DNA from: Longimicrobiales bacterium
GTDB lineage: Bacteria; Gemmatimonadota; Gemmatimonadetes; Longimicrobiales; Gaopeijiaceae
Assembly: GCA_965226375.1 (NCBI GenBank)
Contig: CBDDCX010000006.1
Location: 192,001-256,000 of the forward strand
Reading direction: 5' to 3'
Length of the DNA stretch: 64,000 nucleotides
Program-made: the position numbers and the translations under genes
Shown: positions 10,165-20,523 of the stretch, piece by piece
Numbering within the stretch: position 1 is the stretch's first letter
How the letters are laid out: every line of letters starts with the position of its first letter
The notes under the pieces: model-generated
Database searches by the model: none
The model's input: only the letters and a program-made list of their open reading frames with translations
Told to the model about the DNA's origin: nothing

Positions 10165-11589
10165 ATGCACCAGCGAACATCGCAAGTTTTGAATGCGCTC
10201 GGCCTCGCGGCGATCGCCATGAGCCTCACGGTCTCCCGCGCACCGGCGCAGGTGACGTGCTTCGGGGACCCGACCTGCGTCCAGCCCGAGACGGGCTACC
10301 CCGTGGGGCACCGCGGTACGCCGAACATCGAGGTCGTCTCGCACATTCCACTGCCGGGCGAGCGCTTTAGCCACGCCGACATCGAGATCGAGCAGGAGCT
10401 GGATCGGCCCTTCGTTTACATCGCACAGCGTTTCGGCGCGGCCGGCTTCTACGCGATCAGCCTCGAAGACGAGCAAACTCCGAAGGTCCTCTACCGTTAC
10501 ATCGTAGACGACCCTGATCTCCACCTCGGCTCCGGATGTCTCGATCCGAAGTACGCCAAGGCGGAGGGGCGGTACTACCTGATCGTGTCCTGCCAGTTCG
10601 CGCAGGGCGGGCCCGACGCCGACCTGGGGGCGATGGTCTTCGACGTGACCGGGTTACCCGACGCGTCGACGGTGCGCAAGGTGGCGGACCTGCGAGTCCC
10701 GGGCCTGCCTGGGGGCTTCCACAACATCTTCACGTACAAGCACTCGAACGGACGCTCGCTCCTGGTAGCAACCACCCAGTCGAAGGACGCATTCATCTAC
10801 GACATCGCGCAGGTCGCGGCGGGCAGCACGGATCCGGTGTCGGCGGTCGCCGTGCCCCAACCCTCGGCCGACCGCACCCGACAATGGCACGATGTCTACC
10901 TCGGGTTCCTCCCCGACGCCGCCCAGGACCGCTTCTACGGGGCCGGCACGGGGGGATATCACGTCTTCGACGTCACGGACGTGGAGAACCCTCGGCTCCT
11001 CACGTCGCTCACGGGCATCCCGGGGACTGTGAACGGCCACACGTTCACGCCCACGCCCGACGGGCGATATGGCCTCGGGATGTCCGAGCCGACCTATCAG
11101 CATGCGCCGATTCGCTTTTTCGATCTGCAGCCGCCCGGGTCGGAGGGACAGACGCCCAATATCGTCCGGGGATCGGGGATCGGTGCCTGGATGGCAAAGT
11201 TCGGCGGCGCGACACACAACCACGAGATGCGGTGGCCGTACGTCTTCATCTCGGCCCAAGACGACGGACTACAAATCGTCAACATGACCGATCCGTCGCA
11301 CCCTTTCACCGAAGGTTACTATCACACGCGGCAGGGCCCCAGCCTTCACGGTGACGCCATGTTCGGGGGAGCGTACGGCACGACGGGAAACATCTACGAC
11401 GGCGCCTGGGGCGTCGACATCCGCAACGCGGACGGACTCATTGTGGTGAGCGATTTCAACACCGGCTTTTGGGCATTCAGACTCGAGGGCTTCCAGGGCT
11501 GGAACGGGAACGACTGGGCGATGCCCAACATCTCGAGTGCTCAGTTCTGGGACGAAGAGCCCGACGTTGCGCAGCAACAGAGGAACTAG
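10165..11589 (+). CDS. Secreted LVIVD/choice-of-anchor-B-like propeller, tandem copy 2
   Basis: Highly similar to neighbours; shares upstream CAGGAGTGATCCATGC with copy 1. Confidence 0.8.
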   Translation: MHQRTSQVLNALGLAAIAMSLTVSRAPAQVTCFGDPTCVQPETGYPVGHRGTPNIEVVSHIPLPGERFSHADIEIEQELDRPFVYIAQRFGAAGFYAISLEDEQTPKVLYRYIVDDPDLHLGSGCLDPKYAKAEGRYYLIVSCQFAQGGPDADLGAMVFDVTGLPDASTVRKVADLRVPGLPGGFHNIFTYKHSNGRSLLVATTQSKDAFIYDIAQVAAGSTDPVSAVAVPQPSADRTRQWHDVYLGFLPDAAQDRFYGAGTGGYHVFDVTDVENPRLLTSLTGIPGTVNGHTFTPTPDGRYGLGMSEPTYQHAPIRFFDLQPPGSEGQTPNIVRGSGIGAWMAKFGGATHNHEMRWPYVFISAQDDGLQIVNMTDPSHPFTEGYYHTRQGPSLHGDAMFGGAYGTTGNIYDGAWGVDIRNADGLIVVSDFNTGFWAFRLEGFQGWNGNDWAMPNISSAQFWDEEPDVAQQQRN

Positions 11590-11626
11590 TGCCCCCTTGG
11601 AGGCCGTGATAATCCGGGAGAGATCC

Positions 11627-13048
11627 ATGCACCAGCGAATAGCGATGCCGGTTCCGTATGCGCTCATCATGGCAGCCCTCGCCGTCGGCCTTTCGGCTTC
11701 GAGTGCGCTAGCCCAGGTGACGTGCTTCGGCGACCCCACCTGCGTGCAGCCCGAGACGGGCTACACGGTGGGTCTGCGCGGCACCCCCAATATCGAGGTC
11801 GTCTCGCACCTTCCGCTGCCCGGGGAGCGCTTTAGCCACGCCGACATCGAGATCGAACAGGAGCTCGATCGGCCTTTCGTCTACATCGCGCAGCGTTTGG
11901 GTGCGGCCGGCTTCTATGCGATCAGCATCGAGGACGAGAAACGTCCGAGGGTCCTCTACCGTTACGTCGTGGACGACCCCGATCTCCACCTCGGCTCCGG
12001 ATGTCTCGATCCGAGGTACGCCAAGGCCGAAGGCCGGTATTACCTGATCGTTTCGTGCGAGTTCGGGCAGGGCGGGCCCGACGCCGACCTGGGGGCGATG
12101 GTCTTCGACGTGACCGGTCTACCTGACGCTTCGACGGTGCGGAAGGTGGCGGACCTCCGGGTCCCGGGGTTGCCGGGAGGGTTTCACAACATCTTCACCT
12201 ACAAGCACTCCAACGGCCGCTCTCTCCTGGTCGCGACGACCACGTCGGAGGATGCGTTCATCTACGACATCGCGCAGGTCGCGGCGGGCAACACGGATCC
12301 GGTCTCCACGGTCAGCGTGCCCCAGCCCTCGGCCACCCGCGCCCGTGAGTGGCACGACATGTACCTGGGCTTCCTGCCCGACGCCGGGCAGGATCGCTTT
12401 TACGGCGCCGGGACTGGGGGCTACCACGTCTTCGACGTCACGGACGTGGAGAACCCGCGGCTCCTCACCTCGGTAACCGGCATCCCGGGAGTCGAGAACG
12501 GGCACACCTTTACGCCCACGCCGGACGGTCGGTACGGGCTCGGCATGTCCGGGCCCACCTATCAGCACTCCCCGATCCGTTTCTTCGACCTGCGGCCGCC
12601 CGGGTCTGAGGGACAGACGCCCAATATCGTCAGGGGATCCGGGATCGGGGCCTGGATCGCCAAGTTCGGAGGCGCCACCCACAACCAGGAGGTCCGGTGG
12701 CCGTACGTCTTCATCTCCGCCCAGGACGACGGGCTTCAGATCGTCAACATGACCGATCCAACGCGGCCCTTCACCGAGGGTTACTACCACACGCGACAGG
12801 GCCCGAGCCTCCACGGTGACGCTTTGTTTTCCGCCTTCGCGACCACGGGCAACATCTACGACGGCGCTTGGGGCGTGGACATCCGGAACGCGGATGGGCT
12901 CATTGTCGTGAGTGACCTCAACACCGGGTTCTGGGCCTTCAGGATGGAGGGCTTCCAGGGGTGGAACGGAAACGATTGGAACATGCCAAACATCTCGAGC
13001 GCGCAGAGCTGGGACCAGAGCCCGGATCAGCCGCAGGTGATCCGGTAG
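11627..13048 (+). CDS. Secreted LVIVD/choice-of-anchor-B-like propeller, tandem copy 3
   Basis: ATG 11627 after GGGAG; MHQR start like copy 2; same His motifs. Confidence 0.8.
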   Translation: MHQRIAMPVPYALIMAALAVGLSASSALAQVTCFGDPTCVQPETGYTVGLRGTPNIEVVSHLPLPGERFSHADIEIEQELDRPFVYIAQRLGAAGFYAISIEDEKRPRVLYRYVVDDPDLHLGSGCLDPRYAKAEGRYYLIVSCEFGQGGPDADLGAMVFDVTGLPDASTVRKVADLRVPGLPGGFHNIFTYKHSNGRSLLVATTTSEDAFIYDIAQVAAGNTDPVSTVSVPQPSATRAREWHDMYLGFLPDAGQDRFYGAGTGGYHVFDVTDVENPRLLTSVTGIPGVENGHTFTPTPDGRYGLGMSGPTYQHSPIRFFDLRPPGSEGQTPNIVRGSGIGAWIAKFGGATHNQEVRWPYVFISAQDDGLQIVNMTDPTRPFTEGYYHTRQGPSLHGDALFSAFATTGNIYDGAWGVDIRNADGLIVVSDLNTGFWAFRMEGFQGWNGNDWNMPNISSAQSWDQSPDQPQVIR

Positions 13049-13059
13049 GCCCCGCAGCT

Positions 13060-13695
13060 TCAGGCGGAAGTTGGGGGTCCGTTCGTCCGGTGATGTTGGA
13101 TGCCGGCGTTCCGAGCCATGTGTATGAGGTCCGCCAACGACCCCGCCTCCATCTTTTTCATGACACGCGCACGGTGGATCTTGACGGTCTTATCACTGAT
13201 ATCGAGTTCCTGGGCGATTTCTCCGTTCGGCATGCCGTCAACCATGCACGTCATGACCTCGAACTGTCGCGGCGTCAGGACCTCGAACGAGAGCCGGGCC
13301 TCGGCCCGATCACTTCTCTGTTCCCTGTCCTCAGCATCCTGCTTCACGGCGCGTTCCACCGCATCCAGCAACTCTCGGTGGTTGAGGGGCTTTTCGAAAA
13401 AGTCCGCTGCGCCCCATTTCATGGCGCGAACGCTGGCCGGAACGCTGCCATAGCCGGTGATGAAGATGATGGGCGTCGAGAAGCCGAGGGCGGACAGGCG
13501 TTCCTGGAGGTCGAGCCCCGTCATGCCCGGCATCTTGATGTCCAGCACGAGACATCCCGAATCTTCCGGGGACGCGCGTTCGAGATACGCTTGGGGGGAG
13601 TCGAACTGTTGGACCTCGTACCCCACGGATTGGAAGACCCTGCCGAGCGCGGTCCGGACACCGGCGTTGTCGTCCACCAGGAAGACGGTTCCCAT
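13060..13695 (-). CDS. FixJ-like response regulator (REC + LuxR HTH)
   Basis: VFLVDD, LVLDIKMPGMTG, FITGYG, FFEKP, LTPRQ...KTVKIHRARVMKKM. Confidence 0.9.
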   Translation of the reverse strand: MGTVFLVDDNAGVRTALGRVFQSVGYEVQQFDSPQAYLERASPEDSGCLVLDIKMPGMTGLDLQERLSALGFSTPIIFITGYGSVPASVRAMKWGAADFFEKPLNHRELLDAVERAVKQDAEDREQRSDRAEARLSFEVLTPRQFEVMTCMVDGMPNGEIAQELDISDKTVKIHRARVMKKMEAGSLADLIHMARNAGIQHHRTNGPPTSA

Positions 13696-13919
13696 ACGCT
13701 GAAATCCGTCGGTTCTCCGACTCTGCGCCATATTTGCACTCACATCTGACATCATCCATGACTGCGGATAACCACCCCAGACTAACTCCCTTGCCGCGCC
13801 AGGCCCAAATGTACGGGGGGGGGGGGGTCGTCTACCTGACGTGCCGGTGGTCGATGTAAAGCAGGAACGATCTTGCGGCGAGGAAATGTCGCGACCCGAA
13901 CGGCACGGGGGTACGTTCT

Positions 13920-16583
13920 TTGCCCCCGGAGACGCGTGAAAGACAGACGCTGCCCGTCGGTACCCGAGCAAGGCTTCTTGATGACATGCGAGACGAAGAC
14001 AACTTGACCGAGCAGCGGCTTCCCGACTCGCACGACCGGCGACAACACCCGGAACAGTGGTCCGATGACTTGCCACTCACCGAGTCCGATGAGTACCCGA
14101 GACTGCTTCAAGCCATTCTGGCACATACGTCTGAGGGAGCCGTGCTCGTTCAACCGAGCACCGCGAATCCTCTACACGACGGTCAGCCTGGACCGCAAGT
14201 TCGGGTACGAGCCGAATGCCGGCGAATCCTCTACACGACGGTCAGCCTGGACCGCAAGTTCGGGTACGAGCCGAATGAACTGATCGGACAGCACGTTACC
14301 GTGTTGAACGCCCCCGACACCTCAAAGGAAACGTTCGATCGCATCGTCGAGGCGATGGACGAGAAGGGGGCCTGGCAGGGAGAGATCAATAACAAGAAGA
14401 AGGATGGGTCGTGCTTTTGGACTTGGATTGACATCTTCACGTTCGAGCACTCTTCGTACGGCCCCGTGTGGGTGTCGGTGCGGAGAGACGTCACCGACGA
14501 AAGACGGACCCAAGAACTGCGGAAGTTCGTCCGGAAGCTGAAGGGCGACTTCAACGACTTGGTGGAGACTCTGCCACACGGCATACAACTCACGGATGCT
14601 TCGTGGACGATCACCTTCGCGAATTCAGCGCTTCACGAGATGTACGAGTACGACGCCGGAGAGCTCATCGGAGCCTCGGTTCTCGACTTCGTGCCAAGTG
14701 ATCGACGCCAGGAGAAGGTTGAGCGGCTGAAGACTTTAGTGACCCAAAAGCCGAAGCCCGTTCCCATCTTCGAGCAGAAGGTCACGCGAAGCGGTAGAGT
14801 CGTAGACGTGCGCATGGACTGGGGGTACCGGCTGGATGCCAAGGGTCGCGTCTTGGGATTCGCCTCTCTCATCACCGACGTCACCGCCTCGATGCGGGTC
14901 GAGGCCGCATTGCGCAAGACCCAAGAGGCGTTTGATCTCGCTGTTCGTGGCTCCAGCGACGGCCTATGGGACTGGCCGGATCTCACACAGGACAAGAGAT
15001 GGTGGTCACCTCGGATCTTCGAATTGCTGGGCTACGAAGATGGAGAAATCGAGTTGACGTATGCGGATTTCTTGGGATTGATGCTCAGCGAAGACAGGGA
15101 GCGGGTGGCTCGAGCGATGGAGGCTCATCTCGAGGAGGGTGTGCCATATGATGTTGAGCACCGATTGCGCACCAAATCGGGCGAGTACCGGTGGTTCCGG
15201 GGTCGGGGCCATGCTCTTCGGACTGACGACGGTCGGCCCACGCGCATGTCGGGATCTGTTTCGGACATTCATGAAAGACAAGTCGCGAGGAAAGAACTCG
15301 AGGAACGCCTCGCTTTTCAGCGAATGGTCTCGGACGTGTCGACGACCTTCGCAAAAGCACCCCACGCTCAGTTGCGCGGGGTCATCGTTCGCGCACTGGA
15401 GTGCTTGGGGAAGTTCCTCGACGCGGACCGCTGTGTCCTTATGCATATGTCAGAGGACGACGCTGTGAATGCCGGAGACTATGAATGGACCCGGGGCGAA
15501 CAGGCACCCGGGCTTCGGGCCGTTCGGGGAGAGGGTCTGGGGGCGTTCTCGGACGTAGTGACTCTTTTGGAAGATGGCGGCGTGCACTTCTTCGAACACG
15601 TCGAGGAGATTCCCAGCCAATGGGAGACCTTCAGAGAATTCGTCGAAGAGAACCACGTGAAGGCGGGCCTTATCATGCCCCTGCTTCAAGGTGAAAGACT
15701 ACTCGGGTTGATGGCTGCGTTCACTCTTCGAGACGCGCCCAATTGGCCGAGCGTCTTGATGGAGCGAGACAACATCGTGGGCCAGTTGTTTGCCAACGTA
15801 TTGGGGAACCTCGAGCGGGAGGCCGGCGCCGGAAGGCTTGCTGAAGAGCTCACCCACGTCTCACGGGTGGCCACCATGGGAGAACTCACGGCATCGTTGG
15901 CCCATGAGTTGAATCAACCGCTCGAGGCGATCGCAGCCAATGCGGTAGCCGTGGGGTACTTCCTGGACGGCGAGTCGGCGAACAGTGACGAGGCCCGCGC
16001 GGCGTTGGCCGACATCTCTGATGAGGCTCGGCGAGCGGGACAGGTGATTCGGCGAATGCGGGCCTTGCTCGAAAAGGGCGAGCAGGAGCGCTCCCCGCTG
16101 CATATGAATGGCCTTGTGGAGGAAGTGGTGGCCCTCCTGCAGAATGAAGCCATCCTGCGCAACACCTTGTTCGAGCTGGACCTCGACCCCGAACTCTCCC
16201 TCGTGGAAGGTGATCGAATTCAGCTTCAGCAGGTGCTGATGAACCTGCTCTTGAACAGTATCGATGCGACTCAAGGCGACAGTGTCTCATCGCGCAGGGT
16301 GACCATCCGGACGTGCAACAGGGGTGACGAAGAGACCGAGGTGGTAGTGCTCGACGAGGGGGTCGGACTCGAGCCTTCTATCGCCGAGACCATGTTCGAT
16401 CCCTTTTTTACGACAAAACCCAACGGCTTGGGGATGGGTCTCTCCATTAGTCGCTCGATAATCGAGGCCCACTCAGGCCGGCTGTGGGCGGAGCAGAACC
16501 CCGACGGGGGGGCAGCATTCCACTTTTCGATTCCAAACACCGGGGAAGGCTGGGCGCAGCGCCCGGTCGAGGAATCGTCTTGA
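13920..16583 (+). CDS. PAS/PAC-GAF sensor histidine kinase (FixL-like transmitter); start may be ATG 13986
   Basis: Three PAS/PAC-like domains, GAF-like region, H-box LAHELNQPL, QQVLMNLLLN, DEGVG, FFTTK, GLGMGL. Confidence 0.9.
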   Translation: MPPETRERQTLPVGTRARLLDDMRDEDNLTEQRLPDSHDRRQHPEQWSDDLPLTESDEYPRLLQAILAHTSEGAVLVQPSTANPLHDGQPGPQVRVRAECRRILYTTVSLDRKFGYEPNELIGQHVTVLNAPDTSKETFDRIVEAMDEKGAWQGEINNKKKDGSCFWTWIDIFTFEHSSYGPVWVSVRRDVTDERRTQELRKFVRKLKGDFNDLVETLPHGIQLTDASWTITFANSALHEMYEYDAGELIGASVLDFVPSDRRQEKVERLKTLVTQKPKPVPIFEQKVTRSGRVVDVRMDWGYRLDAKGRVLGFASLITDVTASMRVEAALRKTQEAFDLAVRGSSDGLWDWPDLTQDKRWWSPRIFELLGYEDGEIELTYADFLGLMLSEDRERVARAMEAHLEEGVPYDVEHRLRTKSGEYRWFRGRGHALRTDDGRPTRMSGSVSDIHERQVARKELEERLAFQRMVSDVSTTFAKAPHAQLRGVIVRALECLGKFLDADRCVLMHMSEDDAVNAGDYEWTRGEQAPGLRAVRGEGLGAFSDVVTLLEDGGVHFFEHVEEIPSQWETFREFVEENHVKAGLIMPLLQGERLLGLMAAFTLRDAPNWPSVLMERDNIVGQLFANVLGNLEREAGAGRLAEELTHVSRVATMGELTASLAHELNQPLEAIAANAVAVGYFLDGESANSDEARAALADISDEARRAGQVIRRMRALLEKGEQERSPLHMNGLVEEVVALLQNEAILRNTLFELDLDPELSLVEGDRIQLQQVLMNLLLNSIDATQGDSVSSRRVTIRTCNRGDEETEVVVLDEGVGLEPSIAETMFDPFFTTKPNGLGMGLSISRSIIEAHSGRLWAEQNPDGGAAFHFSIPNTGEGWAQRPVEESS
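14163..14277. repeat. 56-bp exact direct repeat (14163-14218, 14222-14277) inside the kinase gene
   Basis: GCGAATCCTCTACACGACGG...GAGCCGAATG occurs twice, period 59 bp. Confidence 0.95.
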
Positions 16584-18226
16584 TCGCGACGCGGCCCGCC
16601 TGGGCCTGGGCGACGCTTGCGGTGTCTCTGGCGGGGGCCAACGCCTGCCAGGAGCCCGATCCGGGACTCACCGAGGCCTTGGAGGCGGTCACCCCCGCCC
16701 TCTTGAAGAGCCACGTCCGGTTCCTATCGGATGACCTCCTGCGCGGCCGCGATACGAACGACCGAGGGTTCGAGATCGCGAAGGAGTACGTGGCGTCGCA
16801 GTTCGGCCGCATGGGCCTGGTCCCTTTGGACGGCTCTTCGTACCTGCAGCCGTTCGACCTACTGGAGGCCGTGGCCGACCTGGGCAGCGAGCTCACGGTA
16901 GCCGACCTTCGGCTACGGGAGCCCGAAGCGAGGTTCGAGCCGGCTTGGCTCGAGGGTTCGGCGAGCTGGACGGGGGAGGGCGTCTACGTCGGCTACGGGC
17001 TCGCGACCCACGGACGTGACGACTACGCAGGTGCAGATGTTTCGGGCAAGGCGGTCTTCCTGCTTCGGGGTGAACCCGACGATTGGGCTTCGGACCGGAA
17101 CAGGGCGAGAGCCTCGAACGCATCAGTCGAGATCGCCGTCCGGCGGGGCGCATCCGTCGTCATCCAGCTCTCCGCGCCCCGTGACCCCGGCGTGGTCCGA
17201 TCGCCGTCGCCTCCGGGGAATCCACGGCGGGTCCTGGCCCTCGCGGACGGAACGTCGCCGCGGGTGCGTGCTCACGCGACGGTTGCCGCTGAAGGGAGCT
17301 GGAGGCTCCTGGAGGCTTGGGGCGTCGATCCCGGCGAGGCGACCGCGATCGCCGACGTGGGCGAGAGTCCCGCGCTTCCCGTGGGGCAGGTGAGCCTCAC
17401 CCGAACGCATCGGCTCGAGCCGGTGCGGAGCTGGAACGTGGTAGGCATCGTCCCCGGGACCGATCCGGCGCATCGGGACGAGTCCATCGTCTTTACCGCG
17501 CACCTCGATCATGTAGGCATCGGGCCCCCGAACTCCGAGGGCGACTCGATCAACAACGGCGCGCACGACAACGCCATCGGAACCGCCAAGCTGATGGCGT
17601 CGGCCGAGGCGATGGTGCGCCTCCAGCCGCGACGTTCGATCGTGTTCGCAGCCGTGGGCGCGGAGGAGCGGGGGCTTCTGGGATCGTGGTACTATGTCCG
17701 GAACCCGGCCTTTCCCATCGAAGGGGTCGTCGCAAACATCAATCAGGACGGCGGGAGAGAGGGCGTGACCACCGAGGACGTCATCGACAATGCCGCGGAC
17801 CTCTCGGACATGAACCGCATCGTTCGGGCCGTGTTGGCGGACGTCGGCGTGGGTGTCATGGATCGGGATCGCGCCCTCACCAGCCTCGTGGGCTTCTCGT
17901 CCGATCATTATCCGTTCCTCCTCGCCGGCGTCCCGGCCATCGATCTCAAGCCGGGGCACACGGTCGATGGCGACTTGCAGATCGGACTCGCCGACCGCCT
18001 GAAGTACTACGACGAGTGGCGCCATCGTCCGGCGGACAACTTCAACGAGCAGACGTTCACCATGGCGTCGACGGCAGAGATGGCCAAGCGAGCGGTCCTG
18101 CTGGCCTGGCACCTCTCGGAGATGGATGGCATGCCCGCGATGGACCCCGAGCATCCGATCTACCGGGAGCGCGCAACGCCCAGCGAGCCGTACTATTTCG
18201 GCCCGGGTTACCGATTCGGCAGGTAG
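16580..18226 (+). CDS. M28-family metallopeptidase with PA domain
   Basis: TTG start overlapping kinase stop; AHLDH, GAHDN, AEERGLLGS, SDHYPF, HRPAD. Confidence 0.85.
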   Translation: MIATRPAWAWATLAVSLAGANACQEPDPGLTEALEAVTPALLKSHVRFLSDDLLRGRDTNDRGFEIAKEYVASQFGRMGLVPLDGSSYLQPFDLLEAVADLGSELTVADLRLREPEARFEPAWLEGSASWTGEGVYVGYGLATHGRDDYAGADVSGKAVFLLRGEPDDWASDRNRARASNASVEIAVRRGASVVIQLSAPRDPGVVRSPSPPGNPRRVLALADGTSPRVRAHATVAAEGSWRLLEAWGVDPGEATAIADVGESPALPVGQVSLTRTHRLEPVRSWNVVGIVPGTDPAHRDESIVFTAHLDHVGIGPPNSEGDSINNGAHDNAIGTAKLMASAEAMVRLQPRRSIVFAAVGAEERGLLGSWYYVRNPAFPIEGVVANINQDGGREGVTTEDVIDNAADLSDMNRIVRAVLADVGVGVMDRDRALTSLVGFSSDHYPFLLAGVPAIDLKPGHTVDGDLQIGLADRLKYYDEWRHRPADNFNEQTFTMASTAEMAKRAVLLAWHLSEMDGMPAMDPEHPIYRERATPSEPYYFGPGYRFGR

Positions 18227-18299
18227 TTGCCGATTCGGCAAACAGTTTCCGATTCGATCAAGACATGAGTCCCAGACAGACCAACTGAAGGGGTTTCCG

Positions 18300-20420
18300 A
18301 TGCGCTATGTGTCACTTTCGCCGACTCTCCTCTTGGCTTTTGCCTTCGGGCTGGGGCATACAGGCTCAGGTCCGGGCGGCTTAGGTCCAACGGCCGCGGC
18401 AGGACAGGCCAGCGCCGACTACCGTCTGCTGGATACCAGCACGTACCTGGAGATGGAGACGATCGGCGGGCTACAGATATCCCCCGACGGGCGGCACGTC
18501 CTCTTCACGCGCGGCTGGATCGACAAGATGGAGGACCGCACCCGCAGCAATCTCTGGATCGCGGAGACGGACGGCTCGCGGGTTCGGCAGCTCACCAACG
18601 GGACGTGGAGCGATTTCTCACCCGCCTGGTCGCCGGATGGTGAGCGGATCGCTTTCTTGTCCGATCGGGACGGCTCGACCCAGATCCATGTCATGTGGTT
18701 GGACACTCGGGAGAGCGCACAGCTCACCCATCTGGAACAGACCCCAGGTGCGCTCAAGTGGTCGCCCGACGGGGAGACGCTGGCCTTCGGCATGAGGGTG
18801 CCTGAGACCACCCCGATCCTTCCCGTCAGCCTCCCCGAGTATCCGCGAGGAGCGAACCTGGCTCCGCCCGCCAAGGTGATCGATCGCATCATTTTCGGAT
18901 ACGACGGCAGGGGAGATCTCCCCAGAGGGGACATCCACGTCTTCACGCTGGATGCGCAGAGCGGTGGGACTCCCCGGCAGGTCACCCCGGAAGGACACAG
19001 CTACAACGACCCACGGGGGTTTGCGGCCGAGGTCCACTGGTCCCGCGACGGTGAGAAGCTCTACTTCGTCGCCTGGCTGGAGCCGTGGTCCGAGGTCGAG
19101 CTGGAGATCAACGAGTCGGAGATCTACTCCATGGATCTGAGCTCCGGGGACATCGAGCAGCTGACGGACCGTCAGGGGCCGGACCGGGGGATGCAGCTCT
19201 CTCCCGACGGCGAGTGGATCACCTACACGGGGTTCGACGATCAAGACTACGCAGACGGCAACATCTCGAGTCTGTACCTCATGGACAGCAGCGGTGGGAG
19301 CAAGCGGCTGTTGGCGGGCGACCTACCGAACTCGGTGCGGAGCGTCCTTTGGGCACCGGACAACTCGGGGGTCTACTACCTGATGTCCGAGCGCGGCGTG
19401 GCGAACGTGTATTTCGTGTCGCGAGATGGTGAACGCCGCCCTGTCACAACCGGTAACCACGTGCTATCGCAACTCACATTGGCCGCAAACGGGCAGGCTG
19501 CAGCGGTGCGGTCCACCACCGATCGGCCTGGCTATCTCGTGACGTTTCCGATGATGCCGGGTGCCTCGGCCGCCTCGCCTGACGAGATGAGCACTCTGGT
19601 CGACGTGAACGCCGACGTTCTCGACGGTGTGAGGCTGGGCCAGGTCGACGAGCTGCTCTTCGAGTCGCCGGACGGACTGGATCTCCAAGGCTGGCTGATG
19701 AAGCCCGCCGAGTTCAACGCCTCGCGGAAGTACCCGCTCCTGCTCTGGATCCACGGCGGACCGTACTCGATGTACTCGGTTCAGTGGAATTGGGCTTGGC
19801 AGAACTTCGCCGCAGAGGGATACGCGGTCTTCTTCATGAATCCGCGAGGCAGCACTGGATACGGCAAAGCTTTTGTCGACGGCATCAAACACTCCTATCC
19901 CGGCAAGGACTACGACGACCTGATGGCCGGGGTGGACGCCGCCATGGCCGAGGGGTTCATCGATCCCGATAACCTGTTCGTTCTGGGAGGCAGCGGAGGT
20001 GGAATTCTGACCGCCTACATCGTCGGGCAGACCCACCGGTTCCAGGCCGCCGCGGCCATGCGCCCGATCGTGAACTACATCTCGGCGGCCGGCACGGCCG
20101 ACGACCCCACGGACAAATACAGCTGGTTCATGAAGCCCCACTGGGAGGACCCGCTGGACTGGTACGAGCGCTCACCCATCGCCTCGGTAGGCAACGTGGA
20201 GACCCCGGTCCTACTCATGACGGGGGAGCGTGATCTACGGACGCCGATGGGTCAGAGCGAGGAGTTCTTCCGGGCGCTGAAGATGCAGGGCAAGGAGACG
20301 TTGCTGATCCGTATGCCTGAAGAGTTTCATGGCTGGAGGCGGCCTTCGCACCGGATTTCGGGTCAGCTGTACCTGCAGGCGTGGTTCGAGAAGTACCGGA
20401 AGAGGGTGCCTGCGTCGTAG
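18300..20420 (+). CDS. S9-family peptidase with canonical triad
   Basis: IHGGP, GGSGGG (Ser), GERDLRTP (Asp), EEFHG (His); signal peptide. Confidence 0.88.
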   Translation: MRYVSLSPTLLLAFAFGLGHTGSGPGGLGPTAAAGQASADYRLLDTSTYLEMETIGGLQISPDGRHVLFTRGWIDKMEDRTRSNLWIAETDGSRVRQLTNGTWSDFSPAWSPDGERIAFLSDRDGSTQIHVMWLDTRESAQLTHLEQTPGALKWSPDGETLAFGMRVPETTPILPVSLPEYPRGANLAPPAKVIDRIIFGYDGRGDLPRGDIHVFTLDAQSGGTPRQVTPEGHSYNDPRGFAAEVHWSRDGEKLYFVAWLEPWSEVELEINESEIYSMDLSSGDIEQLTDRQGPDRGMQLSPDGEWITYTGFDDQDYADGNISSLYLMDSSGGSKRLLAGDLPNSVRSVLWAPDNSGVYYLMSERGVANVYFVSRDGERRPVTTGNHVLSQLTLAANGQAAAVRSTTDRPGYLVTFPMMPGASAASPDEMSTLVDVNADVLDGVRLGQVDELLFESPDGLDLQGWLMKPAEFNASRKYPLLLWIHGGPYSMYSVQWNWAWQNFAAEGYAVFFMNPRGSTGYGKAFVDGIKHSYPGKDYDDLMAGVDAAMAEGFIDPDNLFVLGGSGGGILTAYIVGQTHRFQAAAAMRPIVNYISAAGTADDPTDKYSWFMKPHWEDPLDWYERSPIASVGNVETPVLLMTGERDLRTPMGQSEEFFRALKMQGKETLLIRMPEEFHGWRRPSHRISGQLYLQAWFEKYRKRVPAS

Positions 20421-20523
20421 CACGCGGGTCTGCACCGGGGTCGTGGGACATGAGCCATCTCAGGCCCGAATTCGGTTCTCCAGTCAAAGTTCGCATGTCA
20501 CGACATTCAAGGAGGACTCCGAT

